From assembly GCF_018977255.1 (NCBI RefSeq), contig NW_024704743.1, forward strand, positions 4,714,001 to 4,778,000: a stretch of DNA of 64,000 nt, written 5' to 3'. This DNA is from Callorhinchus milii (taxonomy: Eukaryota). Below are positions 1-12,217 of this stretch, in pieces. The notes beneath the pieces are model-generated. The model was given only the letters and a program-made list of their open reading frames with translations, made no database searches and was not told the origin of the DNA. The translations under genes and the position numbers were made by a program. The number at the start of each line of letters is the position of its first letter. The first letter of the stretch is position 1.

Positions 1-231
1 CTATTAGAAAAAGCTCAGGATTGTCACCAGAAGTGTTGGGGGTGGTGATGATTCATGTATTTACCAGAATGTTATTGTAATGTGAGATTCTTTGCCACAA
101 GTGGCTACTGAGGCTGAGATCACAATGACATTTAAAAGGGAAATCGGATAAGCAGTTTAACAGGAACATGACAAAAGGATTTTATTGTGAAGTGTAGTGA
201 CTGTGTATTTGTAGGGGACACTTGGGGATGA

Positions 232-598
232 GGAGACCTGTAGCGTCTTGGTTAGAACACACACTTCGCAGTGCGAGAGGACCCAGGTTCGATTCCCGGG
301 CGGGTCGAAACCTTAGGCAAGTTTCCTCACTCCACACGCCTCTGTTTACCGAGCAGCAAACTACGAACCCGGTTGTTAGTCAATTGTGTATCGCTTTCTC
401 GAGATAATAATCCCTTCCAAAATATAATAATTTGGTCACTCAATTCAAGACAGTTTGTGGGACAGTTTGTTGACTGCCGGGTTTCACTCGCAAAAATATA
501 CAGTTAATTCGCTTACAACATATTGTGTGAAACGCTTTGAGACGTCTCAATGACATGATAAGGCGCTATATCAAATGCAAGGAGTACAACTATTATTT
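232..598 (+). mobile_element. tRNA-derived SINE (family A), full length, inserted in a CR1 fragment
   Basis: Head has A-box and B-box (ggttcgattccc), the body is shared with many other copies here, tail is gcgctatatcaaatgcaagg. Confidence 0.85.
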
Positions 599-882
599 AG
601 TAGTAGATAACACATGGGGAGGAGCGAGTACCAGCATCAGCTTACTCCTAAAATGGAAGGTCTATGATTCTGTGTTCACATTAGGGTCTGGATGATGATT
701 TTGTTTTTTCACTACTCCTTAGCTTGTCTGTGTGTGTGTGTGCTTGTGTTGTACATATACACATATATATCAATGTTGTAATATTTTACCTGAAATAAAA
801 ATGTTTAGATAAATCACCACTGTTCATAAGGAAGTCAGAAGAAATATAATAAAACCCTGAGTCTTTCATTTTTATGCTGCAG

Positions 883-1080
883 TTCAACATCCAGACCCTA
901 ACCTGCCGAGACCAGAGGGAGCCCAGATGTTGGCCGTTAGAGGAGAACAGCTGGGAGTAGTAACTAATTGGCCGCCGTCTCTGGAAGCAGCCCTCCAACG
1001 CTGGGGCACGATATCTCCTAAAGCTCCCTGTCTGACCACCATGGACACCAATGGGAAACCACTTTACATCCTCACATATG
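883..1080 (+). CDS. DIP2C: DIP2C exon (~8), 198 nt: (V)QHPDPNLPRPEGAQMLAVRGEQLGVVTNWPPSLEAALQRWGTISPKAPCLTTMDTNGKPLYILTY(G)
   Basis: Acceptor tgctgcag|TTCAAC, donor TATG|gtactt; overlaps ORF 927..1142. Confidence 0.95.
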
Positions 1081-1167
1081 GTACTTGGCTTCTTTTGGCC
1101 CACTTGTCTCTGTTGAACGTTTGCGAGATGGGGGCAACCTGATCGGGGTGGGGATTGCATTTGTTTT

Positions 1168-1386
1168 GGGGGTAATCATTCCAACAAAATGTATTAAAAA
1201 AATAATAAATTGGTCACTTCAAGCCATTTGTGGGACGCTGTTGTGCGCAATTGGCTGCTGCGTTTCGCCCCCAAAATATACAGTCAATTCACTTTACAGT
1301 ATATGCTGTGAAGCGCTTTGAGGCGTCTCGAAGACGTGATAAGGCGCTGTATCAAATGCAAGGATTATTATTATTATTATTATTAT
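1168..1386 (+). mobile_element. SINE family A, 5'-truncated, (TTA)n tail
   Basis: ttggtcact...tgtgcgcaattggctgc...gcaaggattattatt. Confidence 0.85.
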
Positions 1387-2059
1387 GTCTCACCCAAATC
1401 ATGAATTTCTGAATCACATGAATCACAGCTTCACCCCCTCCACTGGTCAATGCAATCTCCATATATTGGTGCAAAATTATAAACGTGTAATGAACTCTTC
1501 TGCAATAACCCGGGGCAGAGATAAGGTGACTTTGACATTCTGCTCAAAGTGTGCACACTCATCATTTCGTCTATTTGGGTGATTGGTGACGCATGCATTG
1601 TCAAGGCTCCTTCGCATATCGAGCAAGGCCACTAATTCGGATGGATTGTCAGAAGCGACGGGTGCCATTGTGTCAGTGTTTGTGTTTGTCGGTGATGAGA
1701 AGTGTGAGCTTTTGTGACTCCGATGTAACCGCCAATGTAAAATCCGAGATTATTTGAATGATTATTAAGCGACCGACTAATGTAAGTGAATGATTAATTT
1801 CGTAGTTCCAAACAATGCTGGTGATGGTTAGAATGTTACTTTGATGAAATAATGATCTTTAACAGTGACCTTTCCGATCTTCTACGTTGCCATTGCCAAT
1901 TTTACTCTTGACTAGGGTACCCTAACAGAAACTGTGATGAACATCATTATTACAGGATATTATGTGTAATCGATTACAAGGATTTTACCAAACATATTAG
2001 CGGTGAAGGTCACTTCTTGTGATAATTATTCCATTAGTTAGTCCTTAAAAGGTATTTTT

Positions 2060-2380
2060 TGACAGGGTAAATAGGGAGAAGCTGTTTCCACTGGTAGGGG
2101 AGTCAGTGCCTAAAGACTGCAGTTATGCAATAGTCACAAGAGCAAAAGGAGAACTTGGACAAATATTATCACTCAGAGTTGTTGGGATGTGGAATGCCCA
2201 ACTAAGTAAGGTAGTGGAGGCAGAGTTCATTGAGGGTTTCAAGAGGGAAGCAGGCAGGTATATGAAGAATAGAGGATGAATGGGATCTGGGAACAAGGCA
2301 GGGTTTAGTGGGATTGAATGAACACCTTTCTCTGAGAGCCAGTACAGACTCGATGGTCTGAATGTACTGTAAATGTCTTT
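2060..2380 (+). mobile_element. CR1 3' fragment
   Basis: agggagaagctgtttccactgg...actcagagttgttgggatgtggaatgccc...gtggaggcagagttc. Confidence 0.7.
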
Positions 2381-3085
2381 TATTCTGTAAGAATTAACCG
2401 GAGAGGTTGATTGGGGGAGGGGAGAGCGTTCATGAATAAATTTCAGATTTCCGGAAAATAGACCCATTTGTGCATTTTCCTCGAGGGATTCCCATGTTCA
2501 AGCTTGTCAACTTTTCTCCAATCTCATTTGACTTTCAACCCCAATGAACAGCTCTCATTAGTATGTAATAATTCATGACAAAGGGCGACAAAGGTTAGGA
2601 GAAAATACCAAAACGATGGCATCCATAAACCATTTTGTGGAGATAAATAAATGCTGGATTACATGGTGTAGGAAATGTCACACAGCTCTGTTGACCAATG
2701 ATGCATGACATAACTCAGCTGTGATTTGCTATTAAGATGGGGGTTGCGACTCAGATATCTGTCACAGGGTTGATTTTTTTNATATGTCTTGCTCAATTGC
2801 CTCGTTGGCAAATAGATTATCCTACCTGGTTGGGGATTAGGAAGAAGATAGGAAAGGAGACAGAGAGACAGAGAGGGGGATGGGGGAAGATGGTTTGCTT
2901 AGTTTTCCTTGTAGTAAGTAAACTTGCATGGGTGGTGGGAGCAGTAGCCTTTAATGCAAAGATTAAGAAAACCTCTGCCACCAGTTTTTCCCAGTAAAAT
3001 GGAGAAATCTGTGTGCAAGCGCAGAAGGCAAATTGAAAGAAACAAGTAATACCATTTTAGCATGAATTTTGGATGAGTGTGTCAT

Positions 3086-3441
3086 GGAGTCCTATAGCGT
3101 ATTGGTTAGAGAACTCGCCTCACAAGCAAGAGGACCCGAGTTTGATTCCCAGGCAGGCAAAATCGTAGGTAAGAGTCCTTACTCCACCTACCTCTGTTTA
3201 CCCAGCAGTAAGTAGGAACTCAGTTGTTAGTCGATTGGCAGATCGCTTTCTAGGGGTCCATCCCCCAAAAAATTGGTCATTCAATCCACGGCTGTTTGTG
3301 GGGCACTGCTGTGCGCAATTGGCTGCCGCGTTTCACCCGCATAATATACAGTCAATTCACTTGACAGGACATTCTGTGAAGTGCTTTGGGATGTGTCCAG
3401 TGACATGATAAGGCGCTATATCCGAACGCAAGGATTAGTAT
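3086..3441 (+). mobile_element. SINE family A, full length
   Basis: ggagtcctatagcgtattggttagagaactcgcc head, shared body and tail. Confidence 0.85.
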
Positions 3442-4269
3442 TCTTTTTTCAGTATAAGGTCTTACAGCGCTATTGAAAGCGTGCTACTTGATTCCCAACG
3501 TTAGATTTCACAGAATGCCTTGGTCAGAGAGATTAGCGATCTGCAAACCCTCGAGTCAAACTGCTCAGATGGTTAAACTCTGATGTGTTCTTTAGTGTAC
3601 AATTAATATCAACTTGTTTGCAGCTATCTCTAGAGGCCCTTGGGGGATGGAACGGCAGCAATGTTACGGTAAGGGGATGTCAGCAACAGTGTGCCGAGCA
3701 TTGATTTGAGGTTGCCAAGTTTAAACCCGTCACGACCCTTCTATCGTGACTCTGCTTTCCCTGAGTGATGTGCTTTCCCTTCGTGAATCTTCCTCCCTTT
3801 TGTTCTTTTCGCTCTCGTCACATCCTAATGATACAGACGACAACAGTGACCGTTCTTGCTTTGTTTCTGACATCTATTATTGGCCACTGATGATTCACAG
3901 GGCACTTAATATCTGTCGATTCTTTCCGTTGCGCTCAGATGGGCTCAGTTGACATTGCTGTGGGTTTTGTTTCTTTCTTAAAGCGACGCAGTATTTACAG
4001 GCAGTTCTGCTGCTGATCCCAATGGCTCATATTGGACCTTCACCTGTTTTTGCTGTTTATCAGACGCAATTGTGTTTAAATCGGTTGCGTTGCATTACCA
4101 AGGTGCACTGAAAAGTAAATCTGTGAACGTTTCATCGTTTGGTTGCTGTTAAATAACACGAGGTCCCAACCACATCCTCGCTAACTGAGGCAGCGCAGAG
4201 GGGAATAAGAATGATGGGCAATGTTAGGAGGATGAGCTGTGAGCAATAATTCGACCAGTTACAACTCTT

Positions 4270-4575
4270 AGACATCTCAGAGGAACTCAACAGAGCGATA
4301 TAAGATTTGAAATGGGATTGAGAAAGTGAACCCGGAACAATAGCTTTAAATACGCCAGGTTCAAGGTTGCAAAGGGCAATTTCAGGCCAGACACCAGGAA
4401 GGGTTACTTTACTCAAATTATAATTAACAACAGGGACATCTTACCAGCAAGGGAGTTGGAGGTCAGGATTCATTGCATCAACCTGATGCTGTTATGGGAG
4501 CAAGGTAGAGTGGGGATTCTGGAAGGATGAGCTCAAAATGAATCAAAGGTCCTTCTACATGGAACTGATCTGTGA
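4270..4575 (+). mobile_element. CR1 3' fragment (second subfamily; similar copies at ~20290-20510 and ~44420-44690)
   Basis: aaagggcaatttcaggccagacaccaggaag, matching 44504-44535 and 20310-20340. Confidence 0.65.
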
Positions 4576-4870
4576 AAATACCCAAGGTCTTAGCCTTAAA
4601 ACTATTGCCGTGAACGTTAAGTCTGGGCAGAAATTTTGAAACAGAAATTAAATTCAGTCCTAATGTGCAAGCAGATTTTTCATGAGAACGCCAAAAAAAA
4701 TGGGCTTTATTAAAATCCAGACTTCCAGTATGGCCAAAGCTCCCACTTTTGCCAGTTTAAAAAAACTCCCTACACTTTTAAGAGTCAGGCTCCACTACTG
4801 TTAAACACTCTGAGACGCTAACCTGTGTGGAGGGCGCTATATAAGTGCAAGTTGTCGTGTTGTTGTTGTA

Positions 4871-5118
4871 GGAGTCCTGTAGCTCAGTGGTTAGAGCACT
4901 CGCCTCGCAAGCGAGAGACCCGGGTTCGATTCCCGGCAGGATGAAACCTTGGGCAAGTTTCCTGACTCCACACGTCTGACAATAATCCCTCAAGAAATAA
5001 AAACGATAATAATTTGGTCACTCAATCCACCACTGTTTGTGGGACGCTATTGGCTGCTGCGTTTCGCCCGCAAATATATGGTCAATTCACTTTGCAGTAT
5101 ATTCTGTGAAGCTCTTTG
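4871..5118 (+). mobile_element. SINE family A, internally deleted variant
   Basis: Near-perfect tRNA-like head gtagctcagtggttagagcactcgcctcgcaagcgagagacccgggttcgattcccggc. Confidence 0.85.
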
Positions 5119-5997
5119 ATTATTGTACACATGGGAGGAATTACTCAAGTGCTTTGGGATGTTTCAAAATGATATGGTGCCTTCAAATGCGAGTTCTTTC
5201 CGAAGAACCTATTACGGATTCCGTCCAATTTTGCTCTCTTGTTTTTAAAATGCAAACTCAATCTGCTTGGGAATCTGCATAAGTGCACAGTTATTCCAAC
5301 ACCCTAGTTACCTGACTTTGAATTAAATTGAAAGCTGATATGGAATAAAGGAGTTTACAATTCTAAATTGCCTCGCAATATTGGGGGAAAAAAAACATCC
5401 AATTGTTCGGAATAACCAGTAAGAGTTGGCAGTTGAGGATATGCAATACACCTTATTAATTGATCGTGTGGGAGGTGTTAGGCAGTGTTTGTGCCCATAT
5501 GAGTGTCCCTGGACAGAAATGCAACGCTTTATCATTTGAAATAATGTAATATTGCAGGGAGAAAAGTGTAGGAGGATTCGCTTTTTTTACAGGGTTCATT
5601 TCCTCCAAAATGTTATTGCCTTTCAACGTCTTAATAATGCAATTTAAATCTTAAACATCCTTTATTTATCCCAAATCCCGCCGAATTTATTAAGTCTAAT
5701 TAAGGAAGCTTAACTATAACAGTGCAACAGCTTTCTAAACATCTGTTTGACGATTGAAGAGAACCAGTTGGCTCAAAAGTCGAGGAAATGATTTTTAATA
5801 TATCGTTCAGAGTTTTTTTTTCTCTAGTGGGTGTTCGATGTACTGTTTACCCAATAACATTTGAAGTACGTGAATATTGTCGATCTTAAATAGATTTTTT
5901 TGTAAATAAAAGTGAATTATGAAGAGCAAAACGAGAGCTTAGGCAATTTTTTTTCACTCAGAGAGTTGTGGAATGTGGAATAATATCCTGCCAAGTA

Positions 5998-6210
5998 ACA
6001 ACAACAACAACAAGATTACCTGTGTATAGCGCCTTTCACGTCGGGAGGACGGCCCGGGGTGATGGACAATCAGTGTTTCGGACCCGAGCTGGGTGTCGGG
6101 ATCGGAGAGGGTGGAGGACAGTGGTGGGGGGTGGGGGAAGACACAGTCGAAGGGTCTTGAGACGGGTCTTGAAGGAGGCAAGGGAGGGGGCGAGGTGGAG
6201 GGACTGCGGG
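5998..6210 (-). mobile_element. L2 3' end, antisense, inserted in a CR1 fragment
   Basis: (AAC)n followed by gcgcctttcacgtcgggaggacg. Confidence 0.75.
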
Positions 6211-6710
6211 GAAGCTGAGTCAATCGTGGGTTTCGAGAGGGTAGTAGACAGGTATATGAAGGATAGAGGCTCAAAAGGTTACGGGGATAAGGCAGGACAG
6301 TGGGATTGAATGAACACCTTTACACTTTCTGTGATTCTAAGTGAATTGCAGGACATGCAATTGAGGTGGAACCTTTTTCGACTGATTTCAGCTGGAATCC
6401 GGCAGTTTTGATCCTTATCGAGGCGCACCGGGTAGATTGAAAGTAATCCGCGGGCGTGCAAAGCAATGTCCCCATCTTCTTCCAAAAGAGTGAGTTTTGG
6501 GGGCGAGAATTGAAGGTCGTCTCTCTCTTTCCTCTTTATCTTTCAATAATCCCTTTTTAAAAAATAATCGGGGTCACGACTGTTCGGTGGGACGCTCCGG
6601 TGCGCAGTTGGCTGCTGCCTTTTCGCCCGCAGAATATACAGTCAATTCACTTCGCAGTATATTCTGTGACCTGGTAAAGCACTACATCAAATGCGAGGAT
6701 TATTATCATC

Positions 6711-6747
6711 ATCTCTTTCTCTCTCTCTCTCTCTCTTTCTGTCTTGC

Positions 6748-6786
<39 letters not shown>
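6711..6786. repeat. (CT)n microsatellite
   Basis: Visible directly. Confidence 0.95.
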
Positions 6787-6789
<3 letters not shown>

Positions 6790-6997
6790 CTGGTCTGGTG
6801 TCATCCTCTTGCACCGTTCAGATGATTTTCGTGTTTGAGTTGAGCGTTTGGTGTGGAGTGTGAACACGCGGCAACGTTCGATCCGGTTTCCCGGCGCGAG
6901 GCCAAATGAGGGTGAAGGAGCACGGACCGAATTGGTGAGTTCCTTTAGCCTTTTCCCCCTTTTTGAATGACACCCTGCCCTTGCTGTCACCCAACAG

Positions 6998-7089
6998 GGA
7001 AGCTGTGGACAAGAAGTATGAAGGTGGCCTACAACATCCTGCATAAACTGGGCACCAAGCAGGAGCCAATGGTCAGGCCTGGAGACAGG
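6998..7089 (+). CDS. DIP2C: DIP2C exon (~9), 92 nt: KLWTRSMKVAYNILHKLGTKQEPMVRPGDR
   Basis: caacag|GGAAG ... GACAGG|gtaagg. Confidence 0.95.
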
Positions 7090-7687
7090 GTAAGGAATCG
7101 GGCTGAACTAGGCAAGCGGGTCGAGCGGCTTCGGGTCAGAGAGCGCGCGGTCCGTCCCGGGCAAAGGGAAACTTCCGTGACTAGACCGCGGACGCACCCG
7201 GAACTGCTTCAGGTGCTCTTTAAAGCGTGGGGATGGATTCCCGCGTGGGTCAGGCACCCGGTTGACCGACGAAACGCCCCCGCTTTACTCGTGGCCGGGT
7301 CACGCGACGTAAAAGGCGTGTGGGACAGCAACCAGTCGGGGATCGATCGCGCTCAGGGAGGCCACGAGGCGCGACGAACGGAAATGCAGGAGCCGGGCAG
7401 CAGACGAGGCCCTGTTTAAGATTGAACGGGGGCGGGGGGGTTAAGGCTCGTCGCTGAGGCAGAGTAGGGGGGTAGTTTGCTCTGAAATACTTTCCGTCCA
7501 ATCGGCAAACCGCACCCAGCGCCGCAGAACTAAGTGATCATCATCGTTTTACCTCCCCCAAAAATTCCATCGGGCGATGGCGGTGCGGAGGGCTCGGGTT
7601 GTCGGATGCACAACAGGCCCCACGTTATCTGTGCTGAGGGGGCAAACAGTGCAGAGGGAGACCCTCGAATCAACAAGAGATGATTCC

Positions 7688-8030
7688 CCCTACCAATCCC
7701 CCCGCTCCCTCTGCTCAGCCGGCTCTGGCTGCTCCACGTCCCCCGACCCACCCGCCCCACCGTTGACGGGAGAGACCTCAGCCACTCTGCCCCCAACCTC
7801 TGGAATTCGAATCCCCCAGTCACTCCGCCTCACCCCCTCCTTAACCTCCTTCAAGTCCCGCCTCAAGACCCTCCTCTTCGACCATGCCATCGGCCACCCC
7901 CCTTCCCCTCCCTTCCCTTCCCCCCACCCGACCCCAGCTCAGGTCTGAAATGCTGTACACTGTCCAGCGCTTTGGGACATCCTCCCGACGTGAAAGGCGC
8001 TGTACAAATGTAATCTTGTTGTTGTTGTTG
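7688..8030 (+). mobile_element. L2-clade LINE 3' end
   Basis: Encodes PYQSPRSL...QSLRLTPSLTSFKSRLKTLLFDHA (ORF2 C-terminus), then a stem-loop tail and (TTG)n. Confidence 0.85.
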
Positions 8031-9405
8031 TGTTGAGTTCAGTCGGGTTAATGCAAGGAGGACTTTGACGGCCGCTGATCTTCTAAACCTTCACTCAAGA
8101 CGAACCGCGACTGAGTTGTGACGCGGCATTGCACGAACAGACAGCTTTTAGCGCTTTACTTTCCCCATCCAACAACCCCCCCCCCCCCCCCCCACAACCA
8201 CCACCCCCTACATGTCATTGGGACAAGCAGCACACTATCCGCAAATAACACCGACAGAACTCTCAGTGGTGACTCCTGTTGCTGTGAGGGTGGTTGCTGT
8301 TGTAACTAGTCGAGCATGTGAAATCATTCTCTCTTCCTCTATCTTCACCCTCCCTCCTCTGCTCCCTTGGGCACCTACGTGCTCGTAAATCCGATGATTT
8401 AGGAAGTACAGCATACTCCTGATAACTCGTCGCTCCAAGGGAAAAGGGCTCAGTGGCGGGTTATCCCGAGTGGCGAGTTGGGCATATGAACGACTTCGAC
8501 AACAAAATGACATCTATGTAGTGCCTTTTACATCAGAAGGGCCTACCAAGTCACTGGACAGTTAAGGGTTTGCGCCCGAGCTGGAGGTTGGAATCACGAG
8601 GCGTGGAGGGTGGGCGGAGGTTACAACTCACCTTTCGGTTCGAAGGATTGTTGCAGCTCGAATGGTTGTTTCGAAATAAAGTCTGCTTCATCCTCTGGAC
8701 CTTAGGGATATATGAATATTGGGGCATCTCCCGACGTGAAAGGCGCTTTACAAATATAATTTTGTTTGTTGTCATCGTAGGTCACGAATATGGATGATAT
8801 ATCGTTAGGTCACGATTATCCGTAATCCTTTCAAAAAAAAATAATAATCGGTTACTCAATCCACGGCTGTTCGTGGGACGCTGATGTGTGCAATTGGCTG
8901 CCGCGTTTGGCCCACGAAACATACAGTCAATAGCTCTGGACCTCTGGAACACTCTCCCTCTATCCCTCCGCCTCGTCCCTTCCTTCCCCATCTTCAGGCT
9001 TTCGACCTTGCCTCCGGTCACCTCCCCCGGCTTGGAGTCAGGAGTCAGGCTCCGCCACTGTCAAGCGCTCTGGGACGCTATCTCTCCCTGTGCGAGGGTC
9101 GCTGTTTAATTGCAAGCTGTTATTGTTGAGGTGGGAGGACAGCCAAAGGTACAGTCAAAGAGGAAAATCGTGAGAATGCAACCTGTGTGTAAATACATAG
9201 ATAAATGCGGCCGGGGATATTGACAGCACAATGCCTTAAGTGTTCGTGAGAGATAAGTCAGGCTCCAGTGATCACGATTGTAATGTAGTTCGGGCATGAC
9301 ATGCGACTGTCTGGATGGCGAAAGGCGAACTCGATGGACCTCGATGGTCTTCTTCCTACCAAGCAAATTCTTGCATTCTTACAGTGTCTCTCTGTTTGCC
9401 CGCAG

Positions 9406-9516
9406 GTAGCCCTTGTTTTTCCAAACAATGACCCGGCTGCCTTTATGGTAGCCTTCTACGGCTGTCTGCTGGCGGAGGTGGTCCCTGTTCCCATCGAAGT
9501 GCCCCTTACACGAAAG
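9406..9516 (+). CDS. DIP2C: DIP2C exon (~10), 111 nt: VALVFPNNDPAAFMVAFYGCLLAEVVPVPIEVPLTRK
   Basis: cgcag|GTAGCC ... CGAAAG|gtgagc. Confidence 0.95.
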
Positions 9517-9645
9517 GTGAGCTGGTTTCGATGAGCTGTTTCGAAATAAAGTCTGCTTCATCTCTCCCAACCGTAGCAACGCAGTAAAAAGTGCAAGCAG
9601 ATATCTCCATTTTGCTTGCATTTTTTCGTGTATCATTGGGTCCCG

Positions 9646-9860
9646 ATTATCCATAATCCCTTCAAAAAAATAAATAACTCGGTCACTCAATCCACGGCTG
9701 TTTGTGGGACGCTGCTGTGCGCAATTGGCTGCCGCGTTTCGCCCGCAAAACACACAGTCACTCTGCCTTCCAGTATGTATTCCGTGAAGCGCTTTGAGAC
9801 GTCTTGAAGACACGATAAGGTGCAATATCAAATCTAAGGATTATTATTGTTATTATTATA
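9646..9860 (+). mobile_element. SINE family A, 3' half
   Basis: Shared body and tail. Confidence 0.8.
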
Positions 9861-10481
9861 ATAGCCTTCAATGCTGTTCCTCTACAATTGTTTTTTTAAA
9901 AAAAGGAACAAATAGCAGCGTAAAAAAATGCTTCCCCTGGGAAGTGCCCCGGCAGATCCAGTATTCCTTGGGGAATGGAGAGAATCCTAACATCTCGCCT
10001 CGCTTGAGACGGTTTCTCCTTCACCCCAAAGTGCCTGGCTCTGTGATTGACGGCACTGCGGGGGGAGGAGATGTGAGGGTGGACAAGGCATCAGAATGGC
10101 CTTTCCTGCGTTAATCCATGCCGGAAAAAATTGATGCCTTAAACGGAGATGAATTGCAAAACAAACCCCGGTCTGGGACGTGTTTCTGTGGCTCATACCT
10201 ACATTTAAATTGTTCACGATCGCAGCTTGAAGTGTTCGGTTCATCTTGAAGGAGGGAAGTTTGGAGAATTTGGCTGGATTTAAAAAGAAATGTTCAACTT
10301 ATGCATCCATAAGACGTCTAGAAGATGTGAAAAGCGCTATATCAAATGCAAGGACTATTATTATTATTATTATCTTATTCAGGTTTTTTTTTCATTCTGG
10401 ACCCGCATTTATTTTTTGATTGAGGGAAATGCACTCAAAAGCGATGGTGGGGTGACACTGCCTGCTGTAGTGTTAGTATCC

Positions 10482-10895
10482 GGAGACCTGTAGCCTATTG
10501 GAGAAATTGGTGTCCTGTAGCGTATTGGTTTGAGCGCTCCCACAAGCGAGAAGACCTGGGTTCGATTCCTGGACGGGGTGAAACCTTAGGCAAGTTTCCT
10601 TACTCCACACGCCTCTGTTTACCTAACAGTAAACAGGAGCCCAGTTGTTGGTCGGTTGGCAGATCGCTTTCCGGAGGTGATAATCCCTTCAAAAACATTT
10701 CTTTTTTCTGGAAAAATAATAATAATTCGGTCACTTAATCCACGACGCTGTTTTTGGGACACTGCTGCGTGCAATTGGCTCGCCCACAAAATATACAGTC
10801 AATTCACTTTACAGTATATTCTGTGCAGCGCTTTGAGACGTCTCAGCGACGTGATAAGGTGGTATATCTCCTTATATATGGTGATTATTATTATT
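10482..10895 (+). mobile_element. SINE family A, full length with a short duplicated head fragment
   Basis: ggagacctgtagcctattgg followed by gtcctgtagcgtattggtt..., then body and tail. Confidence 0.8.
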
Positions 10896-11577
10896 CTTAT
10901 ACACTCGCCGTCACTGTCTTTGTCGGGTTATGGCTACAGTTGATTGTCGTCGGCAAAAAANCAGCTCCTTCAGCAAAAAAACGGACCAGCTGATCCAGAA
11001 AAGAGATTGGACATCAATTGCATCCCATCTGTTGGCCACATGTTACTCCTGTTCCCACTGGGATCCCAATATTCTAACTACATTATTAATTAACTTGATG
11101 TTAAAATGCCGTTTAGAAATCTTTCCATTCTAAACGTTATCACAAAACACTATTAATTACAACACAGGGCTAACAAGATCACCAGAGATCAGAAATGTTA
11201 ATAATAGTACGGTGAATTCTAAGGAACAGTGGGATATTTTCAAGCTCTTCCTGTTTATAGTTTACCTGTTATAGTTTTGATCACAGCAGGGGAAATCGCC
11301 TTAGCACCCTGTTTATGTTTCCTTCTTCCTGGCCTGACACAGTCTAGTGTGAATTCACTTGGAGAGGAAATTGATGTGGAATTTGAATGGGACAAACAAG
11401 GTGTCAGATTGGGGAAAGGGAGGGTGACAAGTCATTGGGTTGAGTTGAGTTGGTTGCTTAAGAATAAATCCTTCCTTCCTTCCTCTAACTCTATCAGAAT
11501 AAACAGTGTTTCTCCATCACTCTCATCTCCAACCCCCCCCCCAACCCCACCCTCACTCCACCAAGTCTTATGATTGT

Positions 11578-11945
11578 GGTGTCAGCCTGACTCGGTCGAT
11601 AGCACTCTCACCTCTTAGTCAACATTTGTGGATTCAAGCTCCACTTCAGGACTTTGAGCTCACATTCTCGCAGTCACTCTGACGCAGTGCTGGGGGAAGC
11701 CCTGTGTTGCTGTCTGCCTGTCCAGATGGATGTGAAAGATCCTGTGGCCCTTGTTCCTCACGGCCTGAACGATAGCCTGACCAACAGTACCCCAGATAGA
11801 ATTGTCCCTTCATCGCTGTTGTTCGGACATTGGTGGGCGCAGTTTGGCTGCCACACTCACCTACAAAATACAGTTACTACAGTTTGAAGTTACTGCACTT
11901 TACAGGAAAATCCTGCGAAGCACTTTGAGACATCTTCCCAACGTA
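11578..11945 (+). mobile_element. Older tRNA-headed Deu-domain SINE (family B, SacSINE1/AmnSINE-like)
   Basis: gtcagcctgactcggtcgatagcactctcacctc head; gcctgtccagatggatgtgaaagatcc Deu-like core. Confidence 0.7.
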
Positions 11946-12093
11946 TTATTATTGTATTTATATTATTTTTAAACTACTTTAAATAATTAGTCCAGCTCAT
12001 TGGGGATGTTCCCCTCCCCCACCCACCCCCGATGTGAAAGGTGATATACGAATATAATTTGTTGTGTTGTTGTTATTTTCCTCTCCTCCTCAG

Positions 12094-12217
12094 GATGCTG
12101 GAAGCCAGCAGATTGGTTTTCTTTTGGGAAGCTGTGGTGTGACTGTCGCTCTGACAAGTGATGCTTGTCACAAAGGTCTACCTAAAAGCCCAACAGGAGA
12201 GATACTACAGTTCAAAG
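12094..12217 (+). CDS. DIP2C: DIP2C exon (~11), 124 nt: DAGSQQIGFLLGSCGVTVALTSDACHKGLPKSPTGEILQFK(G)
   Basis: cctcag|GATGCT ... TTCAAAG|gtagtt. Confidence 0.95.

Noticed and set aside
3837..3845. Possible 9-nt microexon (tacag|ACGACAACA|gtgacc)
   Set aside because: It is in frame, but the donor is weak and there is no independent support.
4871..4942. Apparent tRNA-Ala(CGC) gene (also at 21232, 22882, 56164 and others)
   Set aside because: Each runs directly into the SINE body, the acceptor stem is incomplete and the copies diverge. These are SINE heads.
6967..7419. 150-aa ORF extending exon ~9
   Set aside because: Only 6998-7089 is DIP2C-like. The rest is read-through into GC-rich intron past a strong GTAAGG donor.
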